A stretch of 64,000 nt of DNA from Octopus sinensis (lineage: Eukaryota), in contig NC_043004.1 of NCBI RefSeq assembly GCF_006345805.1, positions 98,084,001-98,148,000 on the forward strand, read 5' to 3'. The notes beneath the pieces are model-generated. The model did not search any database, was not told the origin of the DNA, and saw only the letters and a program-made list of their open reading frames with translations. Positions 1 to 12,760 of the stretch are shown here, in pieces. Positions within the stretch are counted from its first letter, which is position 1, and each line of letters starts with the position of its first letter. The translations under genes and the position numbers were made by a program.

Positions 1-711
1 TCAATCTCCTTCTCTCTCCTTCGCTTCTTTCATCTCTGTCTTATCATCCTTGCTTCTTTGATGTCATTCTTGGCACGCTCATTCCCACTAATTAATGCCT
101 CTTTGAATACATTCCTCCTTACTCAGACAAACTATTACGTTATCCATCATTTATCTCTCCTATGGAAATTGGCCTTGGTGTTACGATCGACTTCATCTCC
201 TAGCGTACATGCCTTTCTGTCTTTTATTTTACTTTATTCCGTGCATTTTTCTTGACATGCCACTCTGGTTACTTTTCACTGCGACAATATAAGACCTTCC
301 CACAATTTTCATATATTAAGCCTGGCTTCTATACGTACTTGTGTAAGTCTTTTAAATCGTTCGAAAGTCTTGTCTAAATGAGGAATTTGGATTTCGTTTA
401 AAATTGCATGATGGTGCATAGCCATTGATTATATTTCTTCCAATATGTTAAATATCTACACCACATAATATTGAAACGATCGTAACCAGATAACTTGATG
501 CACGTATTTCCATATATTTACTTGTTTAATATTATATTCCGCGGCGAATGTAAAGTTCCTGGATTCTCAGTTTGTGTTGAGTTTATTCGTATAACACGAT
601 TTATTTCCCCTTTTAAAGTGAATTCGCATAGGCTTTACTGAAGCAATCTTCCTGATTTTACTTAACGCCCTATACATTGTGTAGTACAAATGTGTAAGTG
701 TGTGTGTATAA

Positions 712-784
<73 letters not shown>

Positions 785-1632
785 GAGGTAAATAGATATG
801 TTTAGAGAGACATAAAGACAGATTTAATAGAAAGAAAGAAATTTGCGCAACTGGAATTTATTTTTTAATTTTGTCACAGACAAACGTATCACATTTTAGT
901 GTACAGTACCTAAGTACATGTAAACAGGAACTGAGAGAGAACTGATGCAACTTTTTAAGGGAAAACTCTCCAAACCGAGTTTAAGGTGACATGACAGTGT
1001 TGCAGTCTCTAGCAGTCACCAAGTATCCACTTGCTTCTAGAAGTATATACATTAATTCATAGATACAGAAAACATAACCATTCATAAATGAACAAAGCTA
1101 ACATAGTCTGGTATGAAAGCTTTGCTAATATCCATGTTTTACTTCAGAACATTCATAAATATTACGCCGCTTAATCGCCTCTTAACTGAAAATGAATTCA
1201 TCGAAGCAACTAAATCTCTCTCTCTCACTCTCTCTCTCTCTCTCTCTCAGACATACATGCGTATACTTGTATATATGTATATATTTATTTATGTATCTAT
1301 ATATGTTATATATGTATATATCGTTTCTATTATGTTAAACTGTGGTGTGTCCAGATTTGTGCAAATTCGTTTTTTTTTTTTCAGTATTTACTTTTGCTTC
1401 CAATAGCCGGTTCTTTTGGTCGAACCATTGTATCTGTAGCTGTAGTGCAAGGGTGTGACTATGGAATAGTGAAACTGCTTTTGCGTTTTCTGAAAAAGCA
1501 ATGTTTTGGATTTACGACACTTCTGTATAATAGCAACAACATATATATATATATATGTAAATATATATATACACACATATACACCACATATATATATATA
1601 TATTATATAATATATATATTATATATATATAT

Positions 1633-1817
1633 GTAACGGGTACGTTTACGAAAATAAACAAAAGACGAAGGCAGGTGGAGTACAAACAAACAAATGTATT
1701 AGTATAGCGCTCAGGAATAGAAATAGAAAAAGTATTTTACGTTTCGAGCCTACGCTCTTCGACAGAAATATACACAGAAAAAAACCAAGGAGAGAAACAA
1801 ATGCGTGTAGGAGCTAA

Positions 1818-1820
<3 letters not shown>
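1633..1820 (-). mobile_element. Short interspersed repeat, Penelope-terminal-repeat-like (family P1), between two (TA)n tracts
   Basis: Reverse complement matches 56170-56342 and partial copies at about 15405-15485 and 15919-16000. Contains the hammerhead-like motif CTGTCGAAGAGCGTAGGCTCGAAACGTA on the minus strand. The Penelope assignment is inferred from that motif only. Confidence 0.5.
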
Positions 1821-1880
<60 letters not shown>

Positions 1881-2082
1881 CATATATATATGTATATATA
1901 TATACATATATATATATGTTGTATATATATTATATATATAATCGTGTGTATGTATGTATATATGTATATGTATATATATGCATATACATATATGACTATA
2001 TATATATACATACATAAATACATATATATATATATATATACATATGTATTATATATATAACATATAATATATATATTATATA
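1821..2082. repeat. (TA)n microsatellite with TG interruptions
   Basis: Directly visible. Similar tracts at 1540-1632, 5939-6290, 8588-8740, 10236-10384, 35790-36018, 54085-54150 and elsewhere. Confidence 0.95.
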
Positions 2083-2544
2083 TGCACAAATCAAGATAAT
2101 TTCGAAAAATGTTTTGGTGCTTATTCCCTCAGTATTACACATGTTACATTTACTGATAGGAATTTAAGAAATTGTACACGTAGAATAAACTTGTTAGCAA
2201 TTTCCTACTCGAAATTCTTGAGGCAGAAAATCAACAAATACAAATTTACATTTGGAGAAACTTTTATATATATTTAGTTAGTAACCAAGTGTCGTAAAGA
2301 TATTTGAGAGAATACAGAGTAAATCTAGAAGTCTAAAAATGAAAGAGGTAAAGAGAGAGAGAAAAAGAGAGAGTTAAGGATTGGAATAAAAAGTTTTACA
2401 TGTACACACTTAATGTACATACACCTTCATACACGCAGACACACACATGCAGATGTACAGATACCTACATGCCCACAGTATACACAGACCCACCTATACA
2501 CATATACATTTACATATGTATGTGCCTGTGCGCATGTGTTTGTG

Positions 2545-2951
2545 TACTCTTTACTCTTTACTCTCTTTTACTTGTTTCAGTCATTTGACTGTGGCCATGC
2601 TGGAGCACCGCCTTTAGTCGAGCAAATCGACCCCGGGACTTATTCTTTGTAAGCCCAGTACTTATTCTATCGGTCTCTTTTGCCGAACCGCTAAGTAACG
2701 GGGACGTAAACACCAGCATCGGTTGTCAAGCAATGCTAGGGGGACAAACACAGACACACAAACACACAAACTTATATATACATACATATATACGACGGGC
2801 TTCTTTCAGTTTCCGTCTACCAAATCCACTCACAAAGCATTGGTCGGCCCGGGTCTATAGCAGAAGACACTTGCCCAAGATGCCACGCAGTGGGACTGAA
2901 CCCGGAACCATGTGGTTGGTTAGCAAACTACTTACCACACAGCCACTCCTG
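2545..2951 (-). mobile_element. tRNA-derived SINE, family A (CORE-SINE-like)
   Basis: Minus strand begins with A box TGGCTGTGTGGT and B box GGTTCAGTCCC, then CTTGGGCAAGTGTCTTCT (CORE-like), an internal CA/TA microsatellite and a (GAGTAAAA)n-like tail. At least 7 other near-full copies in the window. Confidence 0.9.
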
Positions 2952-3770
2952 TGTGTGTATTTGATGTAAATTTAAAGTTACTTCTGGAAAGTAAAGCTTA
3001 AACTTACCAATATTTTTTGCGAGGAATTCTATAATAGCCTTAATCTAGATTTGTATTCGTTTCTCTCGTAAACTTTGCAATTGTGAGTTCTTTACCAGCA
3101 GATTTCAGGTATTTTTACTCAAACCTCCTATCTATTCATGAAAAATTATGATCGTTCCTACTCGAAGTAGCTCCATATCCTATAATGTTCTTTTTGTGAC
3201 GTGATCGTACGCATGTTACAGTTTCGTTAATCTCTCGATTATATAGATTATCTTCTATAATTTCATTATAAAGGCAAGAGTAAGAACTACATCAACAGCG
3301 TATAGGAGGTGTCATAGTCAACCATTCGTCAACTGCTCTGAAACAGACTGTAGACCTATGAGTAGGAAATAACTGAAGAATGAGCCTTTATGGACCTACG
3401 TTCTTGCCCAACATCATTGCTCAAATTATTGTTGACTTACACTTACGGGAATTTCTACATAGATGGTGTAGATAGCCCTCACAACACATTTGTCTACGTA
3501 CAGTTTTCGAAGTGACCGCCAAATAAGTAGACATGATTTTTAGTCAAAGGCCTTTTCTAATTCAACGAACGCCAGTAATCGTAGTGTACACTTAACCATG
3601 TATTTCTCCTGTAGTTGCTTTTCTACAAAGGTTACAAGCATTTGACCTGTGCTAGTCATCTACTGCGTCTCATGAAGTGTTATTCTGTCATGGATGTGTA
3701 TGTATTTGTGCATGTATGGTGTATGTGTGTGTATTCATGAAAACTCAAGTCCATATTATACATATATTAA

Positions 3771-4323
3771 CGAGAAAAACACCCCCGTCCAATTGACGGT
3801 GCTGAGTTGTCAAACATTTAAACCAAATTTTCTCAAAGCAACTTGTCCGACAATCCATAGGCCTCTCCTTTGAGAAACACTGATTTAACCTAAAATTGAG
3901 ACACCAGCAAAAGAAGAAATAAAGTTAAAATTTTTTTCTGTTCCAAAGAAAAACGATTTTATACACACAAATATACAATCGAAGAGTTTAAAGTAGCAGT
4001 AATGATAAGGCTGTTGACTGAGAGAACACAAACATGGTTTAAATAGTAAGCTTGGCAGGAAAGAAACGTGCCTTTAAGCAGTACAAAAACAACAAAAAAT
4101 GGAAAGTGCAGTTATGTACAGGTTGACGGAAGAAAAGCAGGACAAAAACGGTTTTATCGATCGCATTCTCACCTGGAATCGATTTTTGTAATATTTTCAT
4201 GACTTATACACGCCCTGATACCGTCGGTATCTACATATCAAATTTGAGCGCAATCGGATGGAGGATGCTCGAGATCCTAGAAGACACACACACAGACAGA
4301 CAGAACGGATTTTATATAATAGA
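3771..4323 (-). mobile_element. Non-autonomous Helitron (553 bp)
   Basis: Minus strand starts A|TCTATTATATAAAATCCG (5' TC after host A). It ends with hairpin CCGTC-AATTG-GACGG (plus 3785-3799), a 10-nt spacer and CTCG|T, a one-base variant of CTAG before host T. No TSD, no Rep/helicase ORF. Confidence 0.75.
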
Positions 4324-5269
4324 TATGTACTTCTCTGAATGTGCAGAGAGAGCCAACAATGATTTGTGCAACGAATTTATCATGAAGGTAGTCCTACCAA
4401 AACATAGTTCTAAGCCGACTCCTATTCATCATAACCCTATAGGCCTACAGGCTACCAGCGGGAGCTTAATACTGACTGGCTATGAGAAATCCAATATACT
4501 GATGATACTAAATATGTTACCTAAATCTATTGTGGAATTAAAGTAGAAATTCCTGGTACAGAAGCTAAGAATAAGATCGAGACATCGTTGAAAATGTAGC
4601 ACTCAAACATAGGCTGTTACAAATTTATATTTCCATTGTTATTGTTTTACCCAAACATATTTCTGAGATAAACTATGAACAAAGACACTCCAGACATGAA
4701 CCTCCCATCATATGTCCATCAATACTAGACTTCGTATCAGGTAATCCAACATGTATTCACCTTGTTTTAGATTAGGTTGTAACGTGGTAGAAATTTGACT
4801 GAAGTTTCTAGCAGAGCAACTGACCACAGAAAGGTTTTCTATACGCAGATATGTGTGCAGATGTATCTTAAATATTGACCAATCAACTGCTGTGTTCCAA
4901 CTGCTTCTCTCTATGCAACTGTACACTTGATACAGAGAAGATAAAAGAAGAGTCTGTAGCATCAGTTAGCACTGATTTACATTGGCTTAAGAATGGCAAC
5001 TTCAAACAGATTCCGTCTTAAAAGCTACATTCGCAGTTGCAGGTGGTTGTAGGTGGTGTAGAGGCTATTTTTATACAATATTTGTGTTAGTTGTACAGCA
5101 TTCTATATAGCATTGATAGATTACAGACGGCAGCGATGTGTTGAGAGGTAAGGGGAAGAGGTGTTGGCGAGGATTGTTTCAAATCCCGAAGAATAAAAGG
5201 GAAATATCTTCTGAAACATGGGTGGCAGGCAGCGAGCATGCACATCGTCATAATCACCATTGCCGCTGC

Positions 5270-5427
5270 AGCCACCATCATCGTCGTCGTCGTCATCATC
5301 ATCGTCATCAACATACTTATCATTCATTACTGACAGTATAACCTTTTATAATGTCATCATCATCACCGTCTTCATCCTCACCATCATCACCATCATCATC
5401 ACCATCATCATCATCATCATCATCATC

Positions 5428-5465
<38 letters not shown>

Positions 5466-5526
5466 ACGTCATCAAAATCATCATCATGGATGACGTCGTC
5501 ATCCTAATGATCATTATCATCATCAC
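5270..5526. repeat. (CAT)n compound trinucleotide microsatellite
   Basis: Directly visible; explains the poly-H/S/I/D/M ORFs in the track. Confidence 0.95.
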
Positions 5527-5559
5527 GACATCCTATATTATAAATCATCGCTAATATTA

Positions 5560-5770
5560 ACGCAGTCAGCTCTGCCACTATCGAGAACTCGCCGCTTCGA
5601 CAACTCACGGACACACACGCTCGTGGTGTTCGTCGATAACGTCGCATACTACTCAGTCTCTCTCCGCGCCATAAGACCGAGGCTCGCGCTCGATGCCGAC
5701 GAGCGAGAACTCGTCGGCGGTACACGATTTTTCGTCTTTTCCGACTGCCACACCGTAATAGGATACCGGT
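5560..5770. promoter_or_regulatory. CpG-dense island (possible promoter or first exon)
   Basis: About 29 CpG dinucleotides counted by eye in about 210 bp, against an AT-rich background. No homology to other repeats in the window. Function is inferred only. Confidence 0.3.
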
Positions 5771-6163
5771 AATAACTGAATAAACAAGAGTTTATCAGGA
5801 ATCAAATTTAAATAAGCAGGAAAATTGAGAAAACATTTTGTAATGTTATCTTATGATTAGCATTAAAAAATAATTAACCGATGTTCGTCAATTTGTTTGT
5901 TTGTTGATTGAAAGTTTCCTCCAATTTCAGATTATGATCTATAATATATATATATATTATATATATATATAATATATGTATATATATATTATATATATAT
6001 ATTAATTATATATTATATTATATAATATATATATATTATATATATATATGCATGTATATATTATATGATATATATATGTGTGTGTATATATATATATATA
6101 TGTATGTATATATATATGTATATATATATTGGTATATATATTATATATATATTATATATATGG

Positions 6164-6196
<33 letters not shown>

Positions 6197-6627
6197 GTAT
6201 ATATATATATTATATATTATTATATATATATATATTATATATATAATATATTATACATACACGCACATATATACCTTTATACATGTATAATTACATATTC
6301 AAACATTAAGTGTTCGAGGTTCAAATTACGAACTGGCCAAGTTTGCCTTCCATTCTTTCCGGATTATGTGTGTCTGTTATAGGCACAGGTTACTTACTTT
6401 TTCGAAATTTAGTAAGCAAATGTTTAAATATTTTGGCTAATCATACTTAATACCAGCGCACCGGTTAATTAATAGGCGAGATCTCAAAGGAATGTTAAAG
6501 CCTTGTACGCTTTCACAAATCAATACATATGGGTATGTGCATGTGTTTGTTTATGCTCGTTTATGCTCGTTTTGTAATATCTATGTATGTATGTATATAT
6601 ATATATATTTATATATACATACACACA

Positions 6628-7886
6628 CAGAGGTTGGACAAAATAATGGAAACACCTTAAAATTTCAAACAAATTAATTTTAATATGGGGTAAGTCAGCC
6701 TTTGACAGTAACTACCGCTTGATTTCTAAGGAATCGTACAAAGTTTGAATTGTTTCCAAAGGAATTTTTATCCATTCTTCAGCTAAAATAGTCTCCAGTT
6801 CTTGTAGTGATGATGGTGGAGGATATCGACTCCTTACTTGTTTTTCTAAAACGCACCATAAATGTTCAACAATATCAAGATTTGAGGGCTGTGGCCAGGT
6901 AAGGGGTTTAACTTCTCAAGAATATTCCTCGTGACATCCAGTAACAACTTTAGCTGTGTGAATTGGTGCATCATCATTCCGGAAACAGTTCCGCAACCAT
7001 AGGATGAATTTGATCAGATAAAATGCTTAAATAGTCTTGTCTATTAATTCTGCCATGAAAGGAAGCCATCGGGTCCGCGGATATCAAAGTTATAGCATTA
7101 ACGCCCCTCCCCACCACCAGCAGATCCTCACAGATCCTCCTCCATGTTTAACAGTTGGAAGAAGGCAGTCTGGATCAAATGATTCTTTTGGCTGTCTCCA
7201 CATGTACACTAGGCCGATGGTCGGAAATAAAGGGAAGGATGATTCATCCGAGAAAATAACATTCTTTTACTGATCTAGGATGTAATTCCGTAGGTTTTTA
7301 CTCCACTCTAAACACATTGCAACGTTTCTTTTTGAGAGTAGTGGTTTTCTGATTGCAGTCCACCCTTGAAATCTGGATTTGCGCAGCTCCCGACGAACAG
7401 TTTTTGTGGAAACTGGATTCTGAGGTGGTCATTAAGCTCTGCAGTAATTTTGGGAGCTGTACTTTTGTGATCCTTTCTAACAATTCATGAGTCCAACGGT
7501 CCCAATCTGAAAGTTTTGGTTTCCTTCTGGAGTTTTGTTTCGACGAGGAGGTTTTCCCTCTTTCTCAAAGGCTGTCATTACTTTCGAGTCCGTACTTCTT
7601 GATACACCAAACATTTCAGCTGTTTTCGTTACGTGAGTGTCTGCCATACAAGCACCTTCAATTTTCCCTCTTTGAAAGTCCGATTGATCTCTCATTTTAA
7701 TGAATTTTAATTACCTTTTTCTGATGATATCTGAAACGAAACAGCAATTTTATCACACCATATCAAGCAACACTAATAATAAATAAAAAAAAACATTAAA
7801 ATTAATAAGCTACTGACGGTTTCATAGACATTTCAAAATTATGATGTTATGATGCCAGGTGTTACAATTATTTTGTACAACCCATG
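6628..7886 (-). mobile_element. Tc1-family DNA transposon, full length (1259 bp), decayed transposase
   Basis: 30-bp TIRs CAGAGGTTGGACAAAATAATGGAAACACCT (6628-6657) and the reverse complement of 7857-7886 (25/30 identical), with TA on the right flank. Minus-strand ORF from 7695 reads MRDQSDFQRGKIEG...TKTAEMFGVSRST (Tc1 HTH domain), with frameshifts and stops downstream. Confidence 0.9.
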
Positions 7887-7894
7887 TATGTGTG

Positions 7895-7941
<47 letters not shown>

Positions 7942-8585
7942 ATGTATAATGTTTTATCTTTTACGTATTTCAGTCATTGTAAGGTGAGCTACTTAACAGC
8001 ATGACCATGCGTGTGCTAATATATACTCACACATATAGACATGTGGACACACACAAATACATATCTATATGTGTTTTATATACATGTTATTGGGGTAATT
8101 TTTGTGTTTGTCTTTCACCGATTGATTACAGGTAGTAATTTGCATACGTTTCTGAAAACTGGTGATTCGGCCGAGAAAATCAATATCCATACCAATCTTC
8201 AAGATTAACTCGACTGATTAAACCATTCAATTTAGTGCTCCAGTTGGACCGAACGCCAATGACAGAGGCAAGAATAGAATAATAGAAACGAAATAAAACA
8301 GAATGTAGCGTGTTCATATTTCCTAAATATATCATTTTCAAACATTTTTAGTCACTAAAAGAGGAAACTGTACAATTGATCCTTAAATGTTTGCAATGAC
8401 AAGAAAGATCCATGTATTTATAGTTCACTTTGAACAACTTCAGAAAATATATTTCACTCAGAAGCAATCTTCATTGGGGTGAAATTCTCTTGCAAAATGT
8501 CGAAGAAAAGTCAGTGTATATGCAGCGTTACGAGAGAAAGGGAAGTGTATATAATGATGATTATGCATCGATATATAATAAATAA

Positions 8586-8635
<50 letters not shown>

Positions 8636-9248
8636 AATATATATATATGTGTGTGTGTGTGGTATATATATGTATATATGTATATATATATATATATGTG
8701 TGTGTATTGTCAATGCGTGTGTATGTTGTATGTATATATCTAGGTGTGTGTTTTTTTAACCCATACAACCTCTTCTATCTATCGCATGCTTTAAGGCAAG
8801 ATATACAGATTTCTATTAGCAATAGATTCAGGGGCAAAGCACTCTTATCAGCATACCGAGACTGAGTATTAAACCAGTGGCTGTCCGATCTGAGGTTAAA
8901 AGCAGCAGTAATCAGCTGTTCACAATTTCCACAAAGTCAAATGTCTTACAGTTTTAGTATTATCAGAACAAGTCTTGTTTACATAGACTAAGATTAACTG
9001 GATTATCATTACAAAAATTTAACCGTTAACAGAATTTTTCCTTCGGGGTTATAACGTGGAATTTCTTTGCACCGTAACTCCAATAGAACACGGTTATTGG
9101 AACATCTTTAGATAGGAAAAGTATTAATCGATAAATGTGTGAATTTTTAACAACCGTAGATGATATCGCATTTCAGCAGAGTCGAAGTTTCTCAGAGCCT
9201 ATTATTACCGTTGTCTAATGTGTAAGCAAAAAAGCAGTTTTAAAAATG

Positions 9249-9299
9249 CAAATTTTCTGGTTATTCAAATATTCTGGTTATTCAAATTTCCTGGTTATT
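9249..9299. repeat. 17-bp tandem repeat x3 (CAAATWTYCTGGTTATT)
   Basis: Units at 9249, 9266 and 9283. Confidence 0.85.
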
Positions 9300-9971
9300 T
9301 TCTGGATTTATTCAAGAGAAGTGTCATATATTTGGAAAGATATGCAAATAGTGTTGCAAAAAGAATCATTTTCAATCAAATGGTCGCTTTAAAAAGAGAA
9401 GTGTGGAACATATGGAATTTGTGGTACAAAACTGATGATGATCGTTCTGATATTACAATAATTGTGGTTACACAACAAAGGGAGGAAAGTATTACATTCA
9501 AATTAAAATGAATAACATCAATTCGGATATACGAGTGGATATTGGTAGCCGGTTTACCTCGATTCAGGTGAACAAATATCCGCTGAAACGTCTCAAAAGC
9601 GACTTAAAAATGGTTTCAGTTTAATGAATTAATGTTTAAAACAGTGGGGCTTTTTATGATATTTTAGAAACAGGAACTCAAGATTATACCAACAGTGACC
9701 TGGAACTGTGAAAAAAGCCATTGCCTTGCAACTAAAATGCTAAATAGTGTTATAGCAAATCTTATCTACACTATGGTATGTGAGAATTAATTGCTGGTAT
9801 ACTTAGATAACACAAAACCAATAATCCTTGACAGAAGACATTCATTTAGTAATGATGCTAAGAAAAATAAGATAAATGCTTTCTGGTAACTATGAGTTAA
9901 TTTCACTCTTATTTCTAGCAATAGTGTTGCTGAATAATGCTTTTAGTAATTTTAATGACATTTACATTTAT

Positions 9972-10021
9972 GAAAAACCAAAATACTTGAAAACAATTGT
10001 TTTCAAGTATTTTGGTTTTTC
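9972..10021. repeat. Perfect 50-bp palindrome without spacer
   Basis: GAAAAACCAAAATACTTGAAAACAA followed immediately by its exact reverse complement. Confidence 0.95.
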
Positions 10022-10234
10022 TGGGAGTCCCTTTTTAAAGTAGAAGAAATAGCTAAGGTTTTTTGGCTGCTATTTCTAAACTTCAGTATGTGGTAAAGCA
10101 AATCTTTGCTGAACCCTAATTATAAAGTATTACTTAAGTTTACCGTGAAATGGTCCTTTTTCATGCCGAATTCTACTTGGTCAAATTATTGATTACTTCT
10201 TAATGAATTAATTTTACCCTTTGTTATTAGGACG

Positions 10235-10331
<97 letters not shown>

Positions 10332-10684
10332 ATATATATATATATACACATGTATATACATATATATATATATATATATACATATCGCCTCCCACACCTC
10401 CAACACCATTCTCACCATACCACACGCCACTACACCTTACACCACCATACCACACAGCGCATCACATCACAACACACCACCACGCACAAGTCAAGATCAC
10501 CAGCACTCTTCCACACGCTAACTAAGCATCGATATTTTGTTGCGAATTACGGTTAAAAGAAAGGTGTATAAAGAACTTTGCGGTTAAATGTCTTATTTTA
10601 GGCTCCGGAACGCAATTGAATTTTTATGCTTTGCACCTTGATTTTAGGCCACTGTGTTAAGTTTAGTGTTGTTTATATTTAGTG

Positions 10685-11230
10685 ATGACTCATGATATTG
10701 AATTCCCAATATTTGGTATTCCATGTGATCTTAGCGAGCGAGTTTTGCCAATTTACAAGGATGTACTAAACTGTGCTTTATTCGAACGAGAAAAAGAAAA
10801 GAGTGTAGTTAAGAAAGATCCTTCAATTAAGCAAATTGTGAAGATTGTAGCATAAAAGATAATTCTTCTTGGCAAAAGGCTTGCATCCCTTGTGTTACGA
10901 TTGAATAATTTAAACCGAAAATCTTAAATGTTTATCTAAAGTACCAAGCATTACTAAAATGTGCAAAATAGAAAAAATGTGCTATCATTTCAAATAAAGT
11001 GTAATGTGTTTAAAAACAATGCAATAAAAGATTTATTTGGCATTTCTTGTTGCAAGTGCAACTCCTTCAAAGACTGCAGTTGTTGTACAGACAAAAAAGT
11101 ACCACAGAGAACATGATTTTTTACAGAATCAATGGAGTATTCGAAAAATGATCATTGGTGGAATAGATCAAGCAGTATCTAAATCGAACGCTCAGAGGTT
11201 GATTAGCAAAGGTCGGCTAGATCAAAATCG
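10685..11230 (+). pseudogene. Decayed N-terminal fragment of a hATm-like (hAT superfamily) transposase
   Basis: Frameshifted translation: MTHDIEFPIFGIPCDLSERVLPIYKDV...DPSIKQI...WQKACIP...DLFGISCCKCNSFKDCSCCTDKKVP...EHDFLQNQWSIRKMIIGGID. This matches from memory the FGxPxDL..LP / LFDIxxCKC..CxC..KVP..ExxFLxDQR..RKMxIGxxD pattern of hATm-type transposases. No TIRs found. Confidence 0.55.
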
Positions 11231-11404
11231 CCCTTCTACGTCAGCAAAGGAAGATTTTCCGTTTAACTGACTCAATCGTAACACATGGGATAGATGCCTT
11301 TTACCAAAGAAGAATTCTCTTCTGCGACAATCTTCACAATTGGTTTAATTTTATATTAATGTGTATGTAATCTAGACCTCATGTAATCTAGACTTTAAAA
11401 GTCA

Positions 11405-11570
11405 TTCTCGTTTTAGCGTCTTATTATTTAACACACTCACCGGTTCGATTTCCACTCATTTACTTATTTATTTTTCCTAAAATTTTTATTGCGTCTTGCA
11501 ACCTTTGCAATAGTCGTTGACTCTGTCCGTTATCCGAGCTGCGTTCTTTTGTTTGTTTGTGCGCATGTGT
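11405..11570 (+). repeat. Unclassified interspersed repeat (family X)
   Basis: TTCTC-TTTTAG-G-CTTATTATTTAACACACTCACC...CATTTACTTATTTATTTTTCCTAAAATTTT recurs at 15265-15358 and 15777-15870. Confidence 0.7.
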
Positions 11571-11639
11571 GTTTGCCCGTGTATGTACGCATACACATGT
11601 TTTTATGTATATATGATGGTGTGTATGTATGTATGTACG

Positions 11640-11701
11640 TATGTATGTATACATGTATGTAAGTGTGTGTAAGCATGTATGTATATGTGTGTGTGCGTAT
11701 C

Positions 11702-11733
<32 letters not shown>

Positions 11734-11831
11734 AATGTATGTATGTATGTATGTATGTATGTATGTACGTATGTATGTATACATGTATGTAAGTGTGTGT
11801 AAGCATGTATGTATATGTGTGTGTGCGTGTC

Positions 11832-11865
<34 letters not shown>

Positions 11866-11969
11866 TGTATGTATGTATGTATGTACGTATGTATGTATGT
11901 ATGTACGTATGTATGTATACATGTATGTAAGTGTGTGTAAGCATGTATGTATATGTGTGTGTGCGTATC

Positions 11970-12001
<32 letters not shown>

Positions 12002-12237
12002 AATGTATGTATGTATGTATGTATGTATGTACGTATGTATGTATGTATGTACGTATGTATGTATACATGTATGTAAGTGTGTGTAAGCATGTATGTATAT
12101 GTGTGTGTGCGTATCTATATATGTATGTATGTATGTATGAATGTATGTATGTATGTATGTATGTATGTATGTACGTATGTATGTATACATGTATGTAAGT
12201 GTGTGTAAGCATGTATGTATATGTGTGTGTGCGTATC

Positions 12238-12271
<34 letters not shown>

Positions 12272-12495
12272 TGTACGTATGTATGTATGTATGTACGTAT
12301 GTATGTATACATGTATGTAAGTGTGTGTAAGCATGTATGTATATGTGTGTGTGCGTATCTATATATGTATGTATGTATGGGTATGTATGTATGAATGTAT
12401 GTATGTACGTATGATGTATGTATGTACGTATGTATGTAAATGTATGTAAGGTGTGTAAGCTTGTGTGTATATGTATGTATAGTGTGTGGCGTATC

Positions 12496-12527
<32 letters not shown>

Positions 12528-12760
12528 AATGTATGTATGTACGTATGTATGTATATGTATGTAGTATGTATGTATACATGTATGTAAGTGTGTGTAAGCA
12601 TGTGTATATGTGGTGTGCGTATCTATATAGTATGTATGTATGTATGTATGTATGAATGTATGTATGTATGTATGTATGTATGTATGTACGTATGTATGTA
12701 TACATGTATGTAAGTGTGTGTAAGCATGTATGTATATGTGTGTGTGCGTATCTATATATG
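11640..12760. repeat. Higher-order minisatellite built on (TATG)n, 9 units of 122-146 bp
   Basis: Anchor AAGTGTGTGTAAGCATG (or a variant) at 11661, 11791, 11929, 12075, 12197, 12319, 12448, 12586 and 12712. Confidence 0.9.

Noticed and set aside
473-492. GAAACGATCGTA half-hammerhead motif; also isolated CTGANGA words elsewhere (e.g. near 7721, 45458, 58368)
   Set aside because: No matching core half or stems I and II at suitable distance.
240-660. Possible C2H2 zinc-finger or transposase remnant on the minus strand (ENCGK...)
   Set aside because: Cys and His spacing is incomplete, all frames have stops, and no second motif supports it.
4330-5090. Possible LINE remnant or exons (ORFs 4199-4546 + and 4708-4962 -)
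   Set aside because: Only vague, mutually inconsistent motif resemblance on both strands; not supportable without a search.
11640-12760. Repeat-and-spacer appearance resembling a CRISPR array
   Set aside because: The spacers are only (TATG)n runs, there are no cas genes, and the DNA is eukaryotic.
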